Positions 12,150-25,789 of a DNA stretch of 64,000 bases are shown here, in pieces. Below the pieces are notes generated by a model, which was given only the letters and a program-made list of their open reading frames with translations, was not told the DNA's origin and did no database searches. Each line of letters begins with the position of its first letter. The stretch's first letter is position 1. The stretch lies in the NCBI GenBank assembly GCA_024679065.1, contig JAGIQG010000001.1, forward strand, positions 99,882,001 through 99,946,000, given 5' to 3'. Made by a program: the position numbers and the translations under genes. The stretch comes from Sphyrna mokarran (lineage: Eukaryota).

Positions 12150-12350
12150 GCTGTTGGTGGGGGTGGGGTGCAAGGTGGTGGCAGAAGGGGGAGGTGGTGG
12201 AGGTTGGATTGGATAGTGGGGATGGGGATGGGAATGGGGGGTGGGAGGCTAGTGGTTGGGTTGGGAGGGGTTAGATGTAGGGCTGGTGGGGGTGGGGGGA
12301 GAGTGGTGTGGGTGGGTCATTTTGGGTGTTGATGGGCTGGTGGTGGAGTG
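12150..12350 (+). repeat. G-rich low-complexity tract with G-quadruplex potential
   Basis: More than ten GGG(G) runs with short spacers. Confidence 0.7.
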
Positions 12351-15300
12351 GTGACAATAATCACATTGTGAGATCTGGTACTGTAAAAGAAAGCCATTCT
12401 GACCAACCTCCTGATGAGACCCACGCATCAGACAAATCCCCTGAGTTGGACCAGATTAGATGCAAGGCTGCCTATTTCTTGCCTTTGCCTTTTCCCATGG
12501 GCACAAACCTGCTTACCTGCAGAAAAATAAGGCTGATGACCCTATTAAAGCCCACTCTGCTGGGCTGCTGCACCTTTGTACCTCCACAAAATAGGAAACT
12601 GGTCTTTCATGGCAATGTTTAACAAGCGGTAGGGAATTGACCCTATTGGAAAAGAAAATCAGGTGGGTTGTAAAGCAAACTGATAACTTGCTATCCACCC
12701 ATTTTATTGCACTGCCATAGACAGATTTCACCATTTGCAGATTTGAAATGTTGTATTCAGAAACTGGTTCCAAGCGGAGATTAAAGTCTGCATTAAGTAC
12801 TTAATATATGATAGGCACTTAAAAAGAGGAACATTTTTATTTGTACCAATCTCTATCAGCCTACTATTATGACAGGGGAGTAGAGATAACCTGAAACTCC
12901 CAATTTCCTTCCCTTACTGTCTGTAGTCAGTGTGAATTTTTGTTTTAGAAAGGTCAGTGTGTGTACTTCTAAGCCCCTTTTAGCCCCAGGATATCAATTT
13001 AGTGGTTTTAAACAAGGACTATTCATGCATTCACCCCAAAAGTGAAATGATACTTCACTCACTCTCTTTAAAGATACCATTAAAGAGAATAATACACTTT
13101 TACAAATGGTTATTAAAGATCAGTTCATATGTTTGGCTCATGTAGGAGAACCTGGTAAAGAAAGAATTTTTTTCCACTTTCAAGTTATAGTTTAGCTGGG
13201 TTTAAATAGCTGAAATCAGATATCAGGATTATTGTTGGATTTCTTTGAAGAGATGGCTTTTTCAGTAGATCATGAGATCACTTTCTTATGAGTGTCTTAC
13301 CAGGAAGTCAGGTTCTGTGCTAGTGGACTTCTGAGGGAAAGAAATCAAGCTTCTAAGATTTTACTGCCTCTGTGTTTAAAGTCAAAAATGCTCCTGCTCT
13401 TTTCTGCAGCTGTTGTGTTTTTCTGTCTTTTCTGCAGATTGTCTGGAAAAGAAGGAACAGACCAAAAACATGGCTGCCTAAAGCTCCCTTCCAAATATGG
13501 TGTTGGCCTTAATTTGATTAGCCACATCCTGGGCTATTGTTTCTAGCTCCTCAAAGGGCTCGAGACCATTAGTCTCTTTGTTTCTGAAAGTGCCCATTCA
13601 AGCCAGAAATGCAGTTTTGGATGGTTTCAGGATATAGAAAGTTCTTAATCTAAAATGGCAACCATTGTTTTTCTCAGACAATGTGATTTCCACGGAGGAG
13701 TGTTTGATAGTATGTCGAGTAAAGGGAAGCGGCCTCGACCTAAGGGGATTTAGATAGGAACTTTCTAGAAGCTTGAGATAGTCTACTGAAGTTGACCTTT
13801 GGTGTATATCTTAACTGTTCATTATGTCCATTTTAAACAAAAGATGCCCCAGCAATTTCACTGAGTCCATGTTTAGCTTTATGAGTTTGGCATGCCTTTA
13901 CTGGGAATAAGATTACCAATAAAAGAATCCAGAATAAGAAATTCATTTCAACATTGACAGCATCAAATTGGTTATCTGATATCTGCAGTGGCTGGGGTAT
14001 TTAAGACCATATGAAATAAGAACTGAAGGAAACCATTCGAAATTGCTTCACCATTCAGTAAGATTATGGGTTAATCTTCTATTGTGTGCACCTTCCTTCA
14101 CAATCTTTGGACAACTCTGTATTATATTCCATCTATCTCATTTAAACCATTAATATCGAAATAGCCAAGGCCAAAGCACTGATCCTTCTGGTATCCGGCT
14201 AATTACAACTTGCTAATTCATTACAATCAATGGAATTAACTACTAGTCATTGTGTACAAGGAGCAGCCAATGCAATTTTTTGTGCTTTGCGGAGGCCAAG
14301 ATGGATTTCTACCCCACTGTTCTGTAGACTAAACAAGCTGAAGTGGTTAGTAGACTTGTACAGCCTAGTAAATCTGTTCATAATCTGCAAGCAATGGAAG
14401 AAGCTCATGAAGAAACTCCAAAGCTCAGGCTGATTGAAGAGGCTGATGTGGAAGGACATTTCGCGGTGGTGCTGATCAATAGAATTATGCTGTCTTGTAA
14501 TCACTTTTGTGCTGTTACTTAGTCCCATGACTAGTAGACAGACAGATTCAATGCAAACATATTCTTCATATAATCCAAAAGCAAACGTAAAGCAAGTCAA
14601 CATAAACACTTTTGAGATGACAAAATGATCAACTTGTTATCCAAAGTTATCTATCTTAGTTGGAGTATTTCTTAAATGGCATGGGAGTGGGAAATGTTCT
14701 AGTCAGAAGGACTTGGGTGTCATTCCTTCAAATTTAGAAGATTGAGAGGTGATATGATTGAAACATCTAAAATGCTTAAAGAGCTCAAAGAGTAGATGCT
14801 AGGAAGATGTCCCCCTGGCTGGGGAGTCTAGAACAGGGGAGTCTCATGTTAAATCTGACAAAGAGGACTTAGAATAATTTAACAACTGAAGTTCAAAATA
14901 GCAAATCTCACAATGTAAAGTATTAGTAGCTTCTGACAAACATTTCCAGGATGGATGAAGAGGGTTATTTGCACATTTGCAAAGTATTTTGTACTTATTT
15001 ACAATATTTAGTTTCCTAATAACAGTAACACAGGTAAGCAGTTCGGAATAATTGCAGTGAAAAAATTTAGCAATTTGAAAGAAAATTTAAGCATTGAATA
15101 GTTGGCAAGGCTGAGAAAACGATAACATTACAGTAACAGTTCATTATAGGTTCAAAGTGCTGCAACATGAAATCCACAGAGAATTCAACAAGCATGAACA
15201 GGGGTGCGCCACGTACACAAGACTGTGATCAATTTGAATTTGGCTGACTTTTGCAGACTTGGATAAACTTAAATCTCCCTGATTCAGAGGAACTTTGCAT

Positions 15301-15857
15301 TAATTTGACAGCCATTAATTATTTATATATGAATCAAATGCTGCTGTCCGCATAAATCTATATTCTGAAAGAGAGAATTGTGGTTGAAGCATTTTGATAA
15401 TATTATATTGTCTGAAATTTATTTTTATTTTAATTATAATGTTTTAAGCACCTTCTACAGCACAAAAAAAACGTGCTATGCCTTTCAACTTCCTGCTGTA
15501 CTGTATGCCAAAATCTATTCCATTGGCACGTTTCTGCAAGTTTCTTTTTCCTCCTGTTTTCCCCCTTGACTGTGGACGGCACGTTTTGAGCACTGGGAAT
15601 TTATTTGGATAATACATGTAAAATAATAAACATGTTCAAATGACCAAGGAGGAACCTACAAAATTCTTTTACTGACGCCCTTTCCTTTCAAATTATAGAA
15701 CAATTACCAAAGAGAGAACATCAGATGAAATCAAGATCAGTACCACTGCTAAGAGCGGGATAGATGGATAAATAAACACAATGCTTGGTTTCATTTTTCC
15801 CTTATATCCTTATGGAGCAAAAACATGGCTCTTGTGAACCCTTTTTGTGTGAAATCC

Positions 15858-15871
15858 CTGCCATCTAGTGG
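15858..15871 (-). promoter_or_regulatory. CTCF consensus site
   Basis: - strand CCACTAGATGGCAG matches the CTCF core CCASYAGRKGGCRS and lies in non-repetitive sequence. Confidence 0.55.
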
Positions 15872-17129
15872 AAGCCAATGTTTTTCTGTCGACATCTCCA
15901 TTATTTCATAAACACAATGCACTCATATTTTCCAAAGATTTCAAAATGAATGCGTATGCACTAAAAATGCCAAATATCTCTGGGAAAATGAAACGTTAGG
16001 GCAAATAACCTGGCTGCAGCATCAAAAGAACTATATTTTTCCCAGAAGAATTTCATTTTGAAACATGGCTAATTGGTTTTGATTTTGAGATCTTGAGTCA
16101 TAGAGGCCTGATTGAAATTTTGAGAAGTCTTTTGGCAAATGCACACTATATCTAATGAAAAACATCAAAAGATTTTTTTTACATATGCCAGCAAACTAAT
16201 GGATGTGCAATACAATGACTTAAAGGATATTAGAGATGTGAGACCTCACATTGTATACTTTTATAATATGTATGTATATAGATTGCTGTTTGCTATTCTT
16301 AAAAATTTCAAACTGAAACAAATAACTTCAAAATGGCATCATTAATGGTTAGGATATTCCACTCCTGCATGCCATGGGAATCTGCACAGGCAGGACAGAA
16401 AACTTGATTGACCAGCAGAAAGTCTGGTCACTTCAGACAAGAATTACTGGTCATGCCGTGGCCAGGACCAGAAATCCCATCTTATGTCTGCTTGTGACCT
16501 TTGAACAAAAGAAGACACTTGGCAGTTTCAGGAAAACTCATGGCTCGTTATCTCTGAGGAGCCACTAATGAAGCCCAATGGACTATACAGCCAAAATTCA
16601 AGAGGTGATATACTAAGGCCATTTGATTTCAATAATCTAGGCTGGCCAGAAGAAGATAGATTGACTCTTATGGCAAAGGTCCCGCAGCCTTCCTTTTCAG
16701 TTCCAAATGCTGACATATTTCACAGTCTTTGGAATGCAGATGGTAGATGCACATCATATTTCCAAAGATGGTAGAGAGATGGAAATCATAGAGGTGATCT
16801 TGGTCTCCAGTTTGTAATAGTGCCTTGCTGAACTGAAAAGTCCAGTCTGCTTTTTACCATCTGTCCAGCAGCCTCACAGACAAGGAGCTTCACCCAGCTG
16901 GAGTACCTGGCCTTCATCCACAATCTGTCTGCTGGAAATCCTGGACCATCACCGAGAAGACTGATTCATCTCTGAAGCCTATCTCCTCATGTGAAGTCAG
17001 CAGTAAAGGAAAATTGAATTATGCAACATTTTTCTTCACCTCCTGGCTTCCATAAAGAATTACAGAATCTTTACAGTGCAAAAGGAAGTCATTCAGTACA
17101 TCAAATCTAACTGGCTCTCTGAAAGAGCA

Positions 17130-17990
17130 TTTTATCTAGTTCCACAGCTGCTGGCATTTGATGTCTGTTGGGCGTCCAAGGGCCAAGGAGATTAAAGTGA
17201 CCAATCCACTTCAAATTTTTCACAAGCCACAGAACAGAATGAAGACTTCGATCAGTGAGATGCCTGAATTCACAATGCCAACAGTGATGTCCAAGTTTCT
17301 CAAGGCTAGAAGGGGCAGTCTAGCCACTAGATTCCTATCCCAGGAGACAATGTCGAGGTTAATTCTTTGCCCCTGTCAAAAGCCCAGCCAACCTCCCAGG
17401 ACCTTTGGGGTGCTCTTCCTTTGCAACCTGGCAGTGGCAGAGAGTACATGGCACTGCACTTAACTCCTTGACTCCACTCCCCCTCCTTTAGGTCCAACGT
17501 ATCAGGCAAGGATGTCAGTGTCAAAGTGAGAGTACCAGGTGTCAGTGCCAGGGTGCCAGGGGCAGTGCACCATTGGCACTGCTGATGGAGATGTCCTGGG
17601 GGAATGGCTGGTGAAAGGGTAGCTGTGGGATGACATGGTTTGGGAGGGGGTTGCCTGAATGTGGGCTACCCTCATGCCTATGTGGGCGGGTGATCCTTTA
17701 TTTCAGTAAAGGGAGGGAGGGTGCCCTTTTTTCCTGAATTGTTTGTTGTTTTCCCTTCATCAGCTGTGGGTCATCATTTCTACTCTCTCTGAACATGGAG
17801 ATAAGGGTGTCTGATCTTGGTGAAGGCGGGATGGTTGACATGCCTTCTGTTATGCATATTTTTATATGCTAAAAGTAGGCAAATCTGACCTGGGAGGCAC
17901 TGTCAGCTCCCATCACAAACACTCTGGCATTCATGCTGACAGCAGCACTTTGCTCATTTTTCGGAGAATTGTAAACCACAGTTAACAATT
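17130..17990. mobile_element. Decayed non-autonomous DNA transposon (Harbinger-like)
   Basis: GC-rich gtgcca/ggcac motifs; the end ggcattcatgctgacagcagcactttg...ggagaatt resembles the termini of other such elements in the window. Confidence 0.35.
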
Positions 17991-17999
17991 TTTCCAGTC

Positions 18000-19400
18000 T
18001 TCTTATCATCTGAAAATGTTAAACTTATGCACTGAACAATCTAGCTCATTAATGTACATCAGGAAGAACACAGGTCTGTACGCTGACCCCTGGAGTCTCC
18101 ACTAGATATTCCACTCCACTTCCTCCAATCTGAAAAACAACTATTTATCACTACTCTCCATTTCCTGTCATTTAGCCAATCTCTTATCCAAGTGCCTACT
18201 TTCCTTTTTATTCCATGAGTACACAAATCTGTTGTGTGGCATTGCATCAAATGCCTTTTGAAAATCCATGTATACTACATTGATTGTGTCACCTTTATCA
18301 ATGTTCTCCATTACCTCCTAAAAAATTCCAGCAAGTTTGTTAAACATGATTTTCCCTTAATGAATCCATACTGGCTTTCTTTCGTTACCCTGCAATTGTC
18401 TGAGATGAGTTTCCAAACATTTCTCCACCATTGAAGTCAAACTGACTGGCTAGTAGTTGCTGGCTTTATCCTTGCGTCTCTTTTTGAATGAAGGAGAAAC
18501 ATTCATAGCTTTCTAGGCTTCTGACAACACGCCTATTAATACAGAAGACTGGAAGATTATCACTAGGATCTCTGCAATTTCCACTCTTACTTCGCTTAAT
18601 ACCTTTGGATGCATCTCATCTGGTCCTGGTACCTTATTAATTTTAAATGAAGATAGCCTTCCACTTCTTCATTTTCAATTATAAATTGTGTACCAGTTAC
18701 CTCCTCTCTCACTTTAACCTGGGTAGCAACTTGTTCCTTTGTAAAGACTGATGCAAAGTACACATTTAATATCAAACCTCTCCCATTTTTCCATCCATGT
18801 GTGGAACAGTTCAATCTTCCTATTATGCTCATTAGCATGTGTACAGGAATTCATTCTGAGATAACATGCTTGAAATCCAATTTTTAATCTGCTTCCTAGC
18901 TTCCTAAAATCTGATTTCAGGGTCTCATCTCTTTTCCTATTTATTTCATTAGTTGCACGGTGGACCACAAACTCTGCCTGTTTACCCTCTCCCAAAAGAC
19001 TGTCTCGCAGCTGCTCCATGATATTCCTGATCGAGGAACTAGGGAGACAACATACCATCCTGGAGTCTTGACTATGTTTGCAAAAAAGCCTGCGTGTTCC
19101 CCTAACTATGGAATTTCCTACCACTATAGCACTTTCACTCTTTCTTCCCTCCAATCCCTTCTCTGAAGCTCAGCCACCCATGGTGCCACAAACTTGGCAC
19201 TTGCTACAATCGTCTGAGGAACAATCTCATTCACCAGTATCCAAAACAGAAAAGCAGTTCAAAAGAAAGATGGCATCAAAGCATTCCTACATTAGCTGTC
19301 TATTTTTCTTGGATATTCTAGTGAGCACCCATTCCTTCTCTGCCTGTGTACTTCTTAATTATGGTGGCATTCCTCTCTGAACATCTGCTGCTTTATGGAC
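18000..19400 (-). mobile_element. CR1 LINE remnant with ORF1 SGNH esterase and ORF2 pieces
   Basis: ORF 18714-19154 AIVVGNSIVRG...VCCLPSS...VVHRATNEI; ORF2 pieces LNVYFASVFTKE and HGIKRKVGTWIRDWLNDRKWRVVIN. Confidence 0.85.
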
Positions 19401-20547
19401 TCATTCCCTCTCTCAACTCCCATTGCTTTATAAGCTTGCTCCCTCTACAAACCTTTGCTGCCTTGTAGGCTTGCTCTTTCTCTGAACTTCTGCTGCTTCA
19501 TGAGGAATATTGAGTTGGACTCAAACATGAGCTGAAACTCATGTGATTCAATATTTATTTGCTCTGTAATCTTTGTACTGTCAAATCTTGTTTTCTCTCT
19601 CCCTCTCTTTACTCTCTGAGTGTAGAGGCTACATTGTGATCCTCCTTTCATTTTTTTAAATATGTGCAATGAACAAATCCTTTTTTTAGTTCATATCATC
19701 ATGAGTTTGCTGTGGGGTTATTAGTAGAAAATTGGATCATTCAAAAAGGCTGGCATTAGGGAACGCACTGCTGCTTATAAAAGAGAAATAAATCAAAAAT
19801 GTAATCCTGTTTACAGATGGGTGGTGAAAGTTAAATTTGGTGCTGTTCAAATGAACCCCACTCCTGTCCATAACAGAAGGAATTTCTAACGTGTAGCATT
19901 AGCTGCCCACAAAATTTTCAGGCAAACTTTCAAATGAACAAGTAACATGCCTGACCATTTAGAACCAAAGACTATACAAATATGCAAATCAGGTTCCTAC
20001 ACTGTTGAAGGATTTCAATGGCAATTCTGAAGTCCAAATGAATGAAGAATGTGACTCTATCTGTATCAGGCAGTTAGTAGAGAAGTTGGGGCTTCTTAAA
20101 GGGACCACGCTGTTTCATGAAAAAGTGCCAAACTTAATTTTGAATAAGCTTTGTATTATGAGGAATAAGGCTGTTCATCCTCGCCCCACAGAAATAACAT
20201 CAGTCTGTGTTTGTCCAACCTACTGAGGTTGTCTCTAACCTACCAACTCTATCCCAGGCCTGACCTGCTGATGTCAGCATTGGAACTAGCTGTTTACAGC
20301 TTTCTCAGGGCTGGTAGTTTGCAACAAAGCATTCATTTGTCATCTGCAGTTCACTGGGCTAAATTCACAGTTATGTCCAAGCGGGGTTTGGTGAGCAGCT
20401 CTATTAGCTTGATCCCCATTTCAGGTTAAAAGTTAACAATTCTCACCACTGACTTATTTAAATTTCCACTCCAGTCGATGGATGTGAAATACAGAAAGAA
20501 AGAAAATAATTGCATTATATAGTACACTATTCACGTTATCTGGTCAA

Positions 20548-20620
20548 CTGAGGCTCAGTAGGTGGCACTCTTGCTTCTGAGTCACAAGAGTTCAAGGACC
20601 ACTCCAGGATTTGAGGAGAA
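20548..20620 (+). mobile_element. tRNA-derived SINE head fragment
   Basis: ggctcagtaggtggcactcttgcttctgagtcacaagagttcaagg (A-box- and B-box-like). Confidence 0.45.
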
Positions 20621-20629
20621 AAATGTGAG

Positions 20630-21560
20630 TCAGATAATAATAGATTTTAAGAGGATGTAAACAGACTGATACAACGTGCAGAAATATGGAAGGTGAAATT
20701 TAATGCAAAGTGTGAATTGATGGATTTTGGAAGGAAGAATGAGGAGGCAATATAAAACAAAGGCTATAATTCTAATGCGAGTTTAGGAACAGATAGATCT
20801 ATGGGGCATATGTGCACAAATTAATGAAGGTGGCAGCACAGATTGAGAATGCTGTTAAAAAGGCAAAAAGAATCCCAGGTTTTGTAAATATAATGTGGAG
20901 ATGCTGGCATTGGACTGGGGTAAACACAGTAAGAAGTCTCACAACATCAGGTTAAAGTCCAACAGGTTTATTTGGTAGCTAGTGATGTTTGCTACCAAAT
21001 AAACCTGTTAGACTTTAACATGCTGTTGTGATACTTCTTACTTTGTAAATATAGACAGAGGGTACAAAAGGAAGGAAAAGACAATGAACTTTTATAAAAC
21101 ATTGGTTTGGCATCAACTGGAGTATTGTGCCCAAACATTAAGCAGGTTGTGAAGGCTTTAGAGAGGATGCAGAGAAGAAAGATTTGTGAGTGTTTCTGGA
21201 GTTGAGAGACTTTCCTTACATAGATACATTGGAGAACCTGTATTGTTGCCTTAGGTAAAAGAAAATTGAGAAGTGATTTGATAATTGTGTTCAAAATCAT
21301 AAGGGACCTGGAAATAGTGGATGGGGAGAAAGCTTTAGTATTACTGTAAGGGCTGAGAAGCAAAGGACACTAATATAAGGTAATTGGCAGAAGAAGTAAT
21401 GGCCACTTTTTTGCACAGCTAGGAGTGAAGATTTGGAATGCATTGGCTGAGAGTGTGGTGAAGGCAGATTCAATCATGGCTTTCAAATTGAAGTTGAATA
21501 AATGAGCGAAGGGACAACATTTGCAGAGTTTGATAGGGAAGTGGGAATAGTAGAGTTGCT
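20630..21560 (+). mobile_element. CR1 ORF2 C-terminal remnant interrupted by Penelope hairpin
   Basis: WKVKFNAKCELMDFGRKN, LYKTLVWHQLEYC, VKIWNALAESVV. Confidence 0.8.
20893..21041. mobile_element. Penelope-like inverted pLTR insertion, family A
   Basis: Arms agtaagaagtctcacaac...tttggtagc / gctaccaaat...cttcttact. TSD TTTGTAAATATA at 20881-20892 and 21042-21053. Confidence 0.9.
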
Positions 21561-21562
21561 CA

Positions 21563-21832
21563 GGTCACTGTCTTGTGGAGTTTGCACATTCTGCTTGTGT
21601 CTGCGTGGGTTTCTTCTGGGTGCTTCGGTTTCCTCCCACAGTCCAAATATATGCAGGTTAGGTTGATTGGCCATACTAAAATTGCCCCTTAGTGTCCTGA
21701 GATGCGTAGGTTAGAGGGATTAGCAGGTAAAATATGTAGGGATATGGGGGTAGGGCCTGGGTAGAATTGTGGTCGGTACAGACTCAATGAGTCAAAGGGC
21801 CTCTTTCTACACTGTAAGGTATCTATGATTCT
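21563..21832 (+). mobile_element. HE1/V-SINE (CR1-type tail)
   Basis: V-domain, then tail gactcaatgagtcaaagggcctctttctacactgtaaggtatctatgattct. Confidence 0.9.
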
Positions 21833-22096
21833 GTTGTCTAAAAGCAAAATGAAGGACAAAAGCAAGGCCAAAAGCTAAAATCAGTAAAGAAGAAGAAAAG
21901 AAAATGGAGGTATTTGAAGTCTGATAATTGGAGATTTCTATAGGGTATGGAGGACCATAAAGTACCTTATTGAAAGATTAGGGATTGTTCCTTGAAGTTA
22001 GACTGAGCTTCATTGGAAGACTTCAGGAGACCAAGGACAAAAGGGTCAAGGTAGGAGCAAGCTGGGGAATTAAAATGATAACTCCACTGAATCTTT

Positions 22097-22330
22097 ATAG
22101 AATCACTACAGTGCAGAAGGAGGCCATTGGGCCCATCAAGCCTGCATCGGCAACAATCCCACCAGGACCCAATCCTTGTAATCCCATTTATTTACCCTGC
22201 CAGTCCTTCTGTCACTAAGGGACAATTGATCATGGCAATTCACCTAAACCACACATGTTTGGAGCGTGAGAGGAAACTGGAGCACCCTGAAGGAAACCTA
22301 CACGGGGAGAAAATGTAAACTCCACACAGA
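22097..22330 (-). mobile_element. HE1/V-SINE (CR1-type tail), truncated by the adjacent DNA element
   Basis: Reverse complement of V-domain and gatgggcccaatggcctccttctgcactgtagtgattcta. Confidence 0.85.
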
Positions 22331-23025
22331 GGGCCTGATTTTACTATTGTGTAGTGCCCATTTTCAGGTGTGAAAGTCGGGCATGAGGTGATTAGTATGA
22401 TCCACACCTGCAGCTGCGCAGATGCCCACTTTACCAAGGCCCAAAAATGGGCATGATCCGAACCGCACCCAAAATGGGTGCAACAGCGTTTTAAATGCTT
22501 TTGCATGAACTTAAATTGAATTATTGGGCTGCCCACCCAAGGTTACCAGCATTTTGCCCTTTACCGTTGCATTTACCCATCTAGATTCGGTGCGTAACAG
22601 ACATACTTGGCAAAAGCCTGTTTCGGGCGCTCCAGCTTCTAAAGAGATAAATTCAGAGTTCCCAACGGTTCTCTGACTCAGATCGGTGGCTGGGATGGGG
22701 GTGGGGGGTAGTGGCAGATCATTCTTTGGTGAAGACCAACTCTCTCTGTGTGTGAGTTCAGTGGCCAAAATCCGCCAAAACCCAGAAATTGTAAATATTG
22801 TTGACGAGATTGCAATTTCCAATTTTCGCTGTTCACTGTTTGGGGGAGGGGGGAAATGCAATTCTGATTACATGGGGGGATAGGGCGAGTGGGGTAGGAT
22901 GCCAGCTCTGATTTCGGTGGGGATAGGTGGAACCCCTGAGATCTCATGGTGAGGTATGGGAGAGATTACTTTTTGCTGGCGTGTTTAGGCCCCATCCCTC
23001 AACATGACAGTATGAAACATGCCCC
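22331..23025. mobile_element. Non-autonomous DNA transposon (Harbinger-like)
   Basis: Left terminus gggcctgattttac and degenerate right terminus gtatgaaacatgccc; internal hairpins such as gcaccc-aaaat-gggtgc; CpG-rich. Confidence 0.5.
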
Positions 23026-23677
23026 CTGCATTTTTTGGATAGAATGTCAGAAGATCTGAAGAGAAAACAAGCCTATTTTGCTGGAGAGAAACAAATTAGT
23101 TTTCAATTAGATCCTGACACTTGGCCAAATTCTGATAAGGTCATCCCCAGAGCTGGTGACCATTTTGTGATCCACAAGCACGATCCTGAGCCTGATGTTG
23201 AAACTGGGGGTGACAGTAAGCAGTGCATCAGCTTATGAATTGTGCCCTTCTATTAACTATAAATCATCAATATTCATGATACTTGACATCCCCATGCAGG
23301 CTAGTGAAACTTGTCATCCTTTTACTGTAGTCTGTCAGTGTCAAATTTACCCTTTCCTTTTCTCTTTCCTCCCGGTCCTTCCGCCTAGTTCCTATGGAAG
23401 AGGATTCAGAGACGAACCATCCTTTGAACAAAGTACTGTCACACTCTGTGATATCCCAAGCATCAGCAATGACATTAATCTGTTGCATGGGTTAATGGGT
23501 GAGTTGGAGAGGTGAAGCAGCCAGCACTGATGAGCAATACTAGGAAATGGTGGTAAGGTCAACCCAAGTGATATCTTATTGGGGGGGCAAGCTTGGATCC
23601 AGGCTCTATTGCGGAGGACACAGATACTAACTTCAGGGACTTCACCCAAGAAAGTTATTTTTCATTTACAATGAATG

Positions 23678-24023
23678 GGGAGGCTATGGCCTAGTGTTAT
23701 TTTCATTAGACTATTAATCCAGAAACTCATCAAATGTTCTGGGGACTTCGCCAAATGGTAGAATTTGAATTCAATAAAAATATCCAGAATTAAGAATCTA
23801 TTGATAACCATGAAGCCATTGTCGATTGTCAGAAAACTCCATCTGGTTCACTAATGTACTTTAGGGAAGGAAATCTGCCATCCTTACCTGGTCTGGCCTA
23901 CTTGTGACTCCAGAGCCACAGCAATGTGATTGACTCGCAACTGCTCTCCAAGGGCAACTAGGGATGGATAAAAAGTGCTGGCCAGCCAGTGCTGCCCACG
24001 TCTCATGAATAAATTTTTAAAAA
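23678..24023 (+). mobile_element. tRNA-headed bipartite SINE
   Basis: Head and body as in 5560-5832(-); tail caagggcaactagggatgg...gctggccagccag...atgaataaa. Confidence 0.85.
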
Positions 24024-25789
24024 TATGATCGAGCATGTGGTTACCTCCATGGACACTTCAGCCAAGCCTTCACCAGCTTTTCAAGTTTTGATGGAAACCC
24101 ATGCATTGGCTGAGCTCCAGAGTTTGCTGTGCTTTGGTTAGGCAAGTGGACCTTAGAGATAGCTACTATTGAATCAGATCAGTCAGAGTCGTGAGCTGCA
24201 GCCTCATGGTTCATGGCTCGATGGCAGTGGCACGTGCTACTTCCTTCCAGAATATTAGCCAATCTTCCCCCTTGCTGCCCCCTCAATCAATACCCAACAT
24301 GGTACAAGAAAACAAAGCGGGGAGCAGAGTACCTCGGCCACAGCCCAAAAATATGGTTAACAACCTCTTTCTGAACAGAGTGCCCAGAGTTCATCAAACA
24401 TGACAACTGAAAAATACTACCTTGAGCGACAGCAGCTTTCCCACCAGTTACACTGTAGAAGAAGGAGGGCTAATTCAAGTAAAAACATTGCATTAAAGAA
24501 CTATGGGGTGATACTCGAGTGAGAAATGATGACAAGGCCATTATTTTTGCAGGCTTTAATTTTACAAAAGGTGATTAGTCTGCATTGTCAGTATGTCATA
24601 CTTCATTGGTGTCGATTTTGTATATTGGGTGGCTGTCTGACAAATCCGGTTAGCAAAGGAGGCCTCAGTGTTGAGTACCCCAACCTTATTTACATTGGGC
24701 CAGTGAGACGACAGGCAACACATGGGATCCAATGCAGTTGGTTTGATTGAGACCTGAAAAGTAAGTGTGGGGAGGGGAGTTGTGATCATGTGAATGGGGC
24801 TACAGAGGCGTAGGCTTTATAAAAGGCTGCCACAGTGGTATTATGTCGCAGCTTTTACAACTTAAGAGTGAGACTTCTGTCCCTTAGAGACAGGACATTC
24901 CAGCCTCGAGAGCTCCTGCCAGTATGATTGGCTGACAGCTCTTGCAATCTTAGCAGCACTGGGGAAGGTAGTCTGAAGGAGGCACATGAAGAAGATTGAA
25001 TGAAACCAGACCCTAGTAAATCCCAGGCTTGAAGGTAAGAAGGGATCAGACACCCTAACTGGTGGTGGGGTGTGTGGGAGAGAAGGTTTGGATGCCAGGT
25101 GGAGAGGCGTAAAGACAGGTATAAACTTGGGGAGATGCTCCAATGCACAGAAGTTGCAGATATCTCCCCGTCTTTCCCATCTCTTCACCAACTAAGTAAG
25201 CGCACAAGAAACAATATGTTTCACTGTGTATTAATGCGTAACAATCATAAATCAAATCAACTGGAGTGAAAAACAGCCTTCCTGCTTTTGCCTGTCTTCC
25301 ACGATCCAGCATCTTATAAGAGTGGGGGCAGATTATGGTCATTAATTGTCCCTAACTATGCAAGCAAAGGGCCTAAGTAAACTTGAGGATAGGCAGCCAA
25401 GTGGGTGTATTATGAGGACCAGGGTGGGTGGGAACATAATGGGCTACCCACCACCTAATTTCACACATCCCACTAGCTCCCACTTCCACCAAACTTGCTC
25501 GAAGAATGGCTGTAAACTTGGACTTATGGAGTCATGAGGTGGCAGCAATTCACATGATGACGGAACCTTTGGTGGAGCTTTGGGAACTAACTCCACAAAG
25601 TTTCAATCAACCAGTTCAGTGCCAAGTAGCTCTTACATTCCTAAAGGAATTACATTATTCAGTTTTGATCAGACAGCAACCAAGTAGTAATGGGTGATGA
25701 ATCCATGATGCAACTTTTAATTCCACCACAGTTTGATCCATCAGGTGGTGAGTTAAAATTGCATCTTTCATTTCACCTTTTCCAATCCT

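Noticed and set aside
12865-13953. Solo LTR
   Set aside because: The composition is LTR-like, but the termini are degenerate and there is no TSD.
24720-24830. CCAAT + TATA promoter
   Set aside because: The motifs are common by chance or in LTRs, and no downstream transcript evidence is visible.
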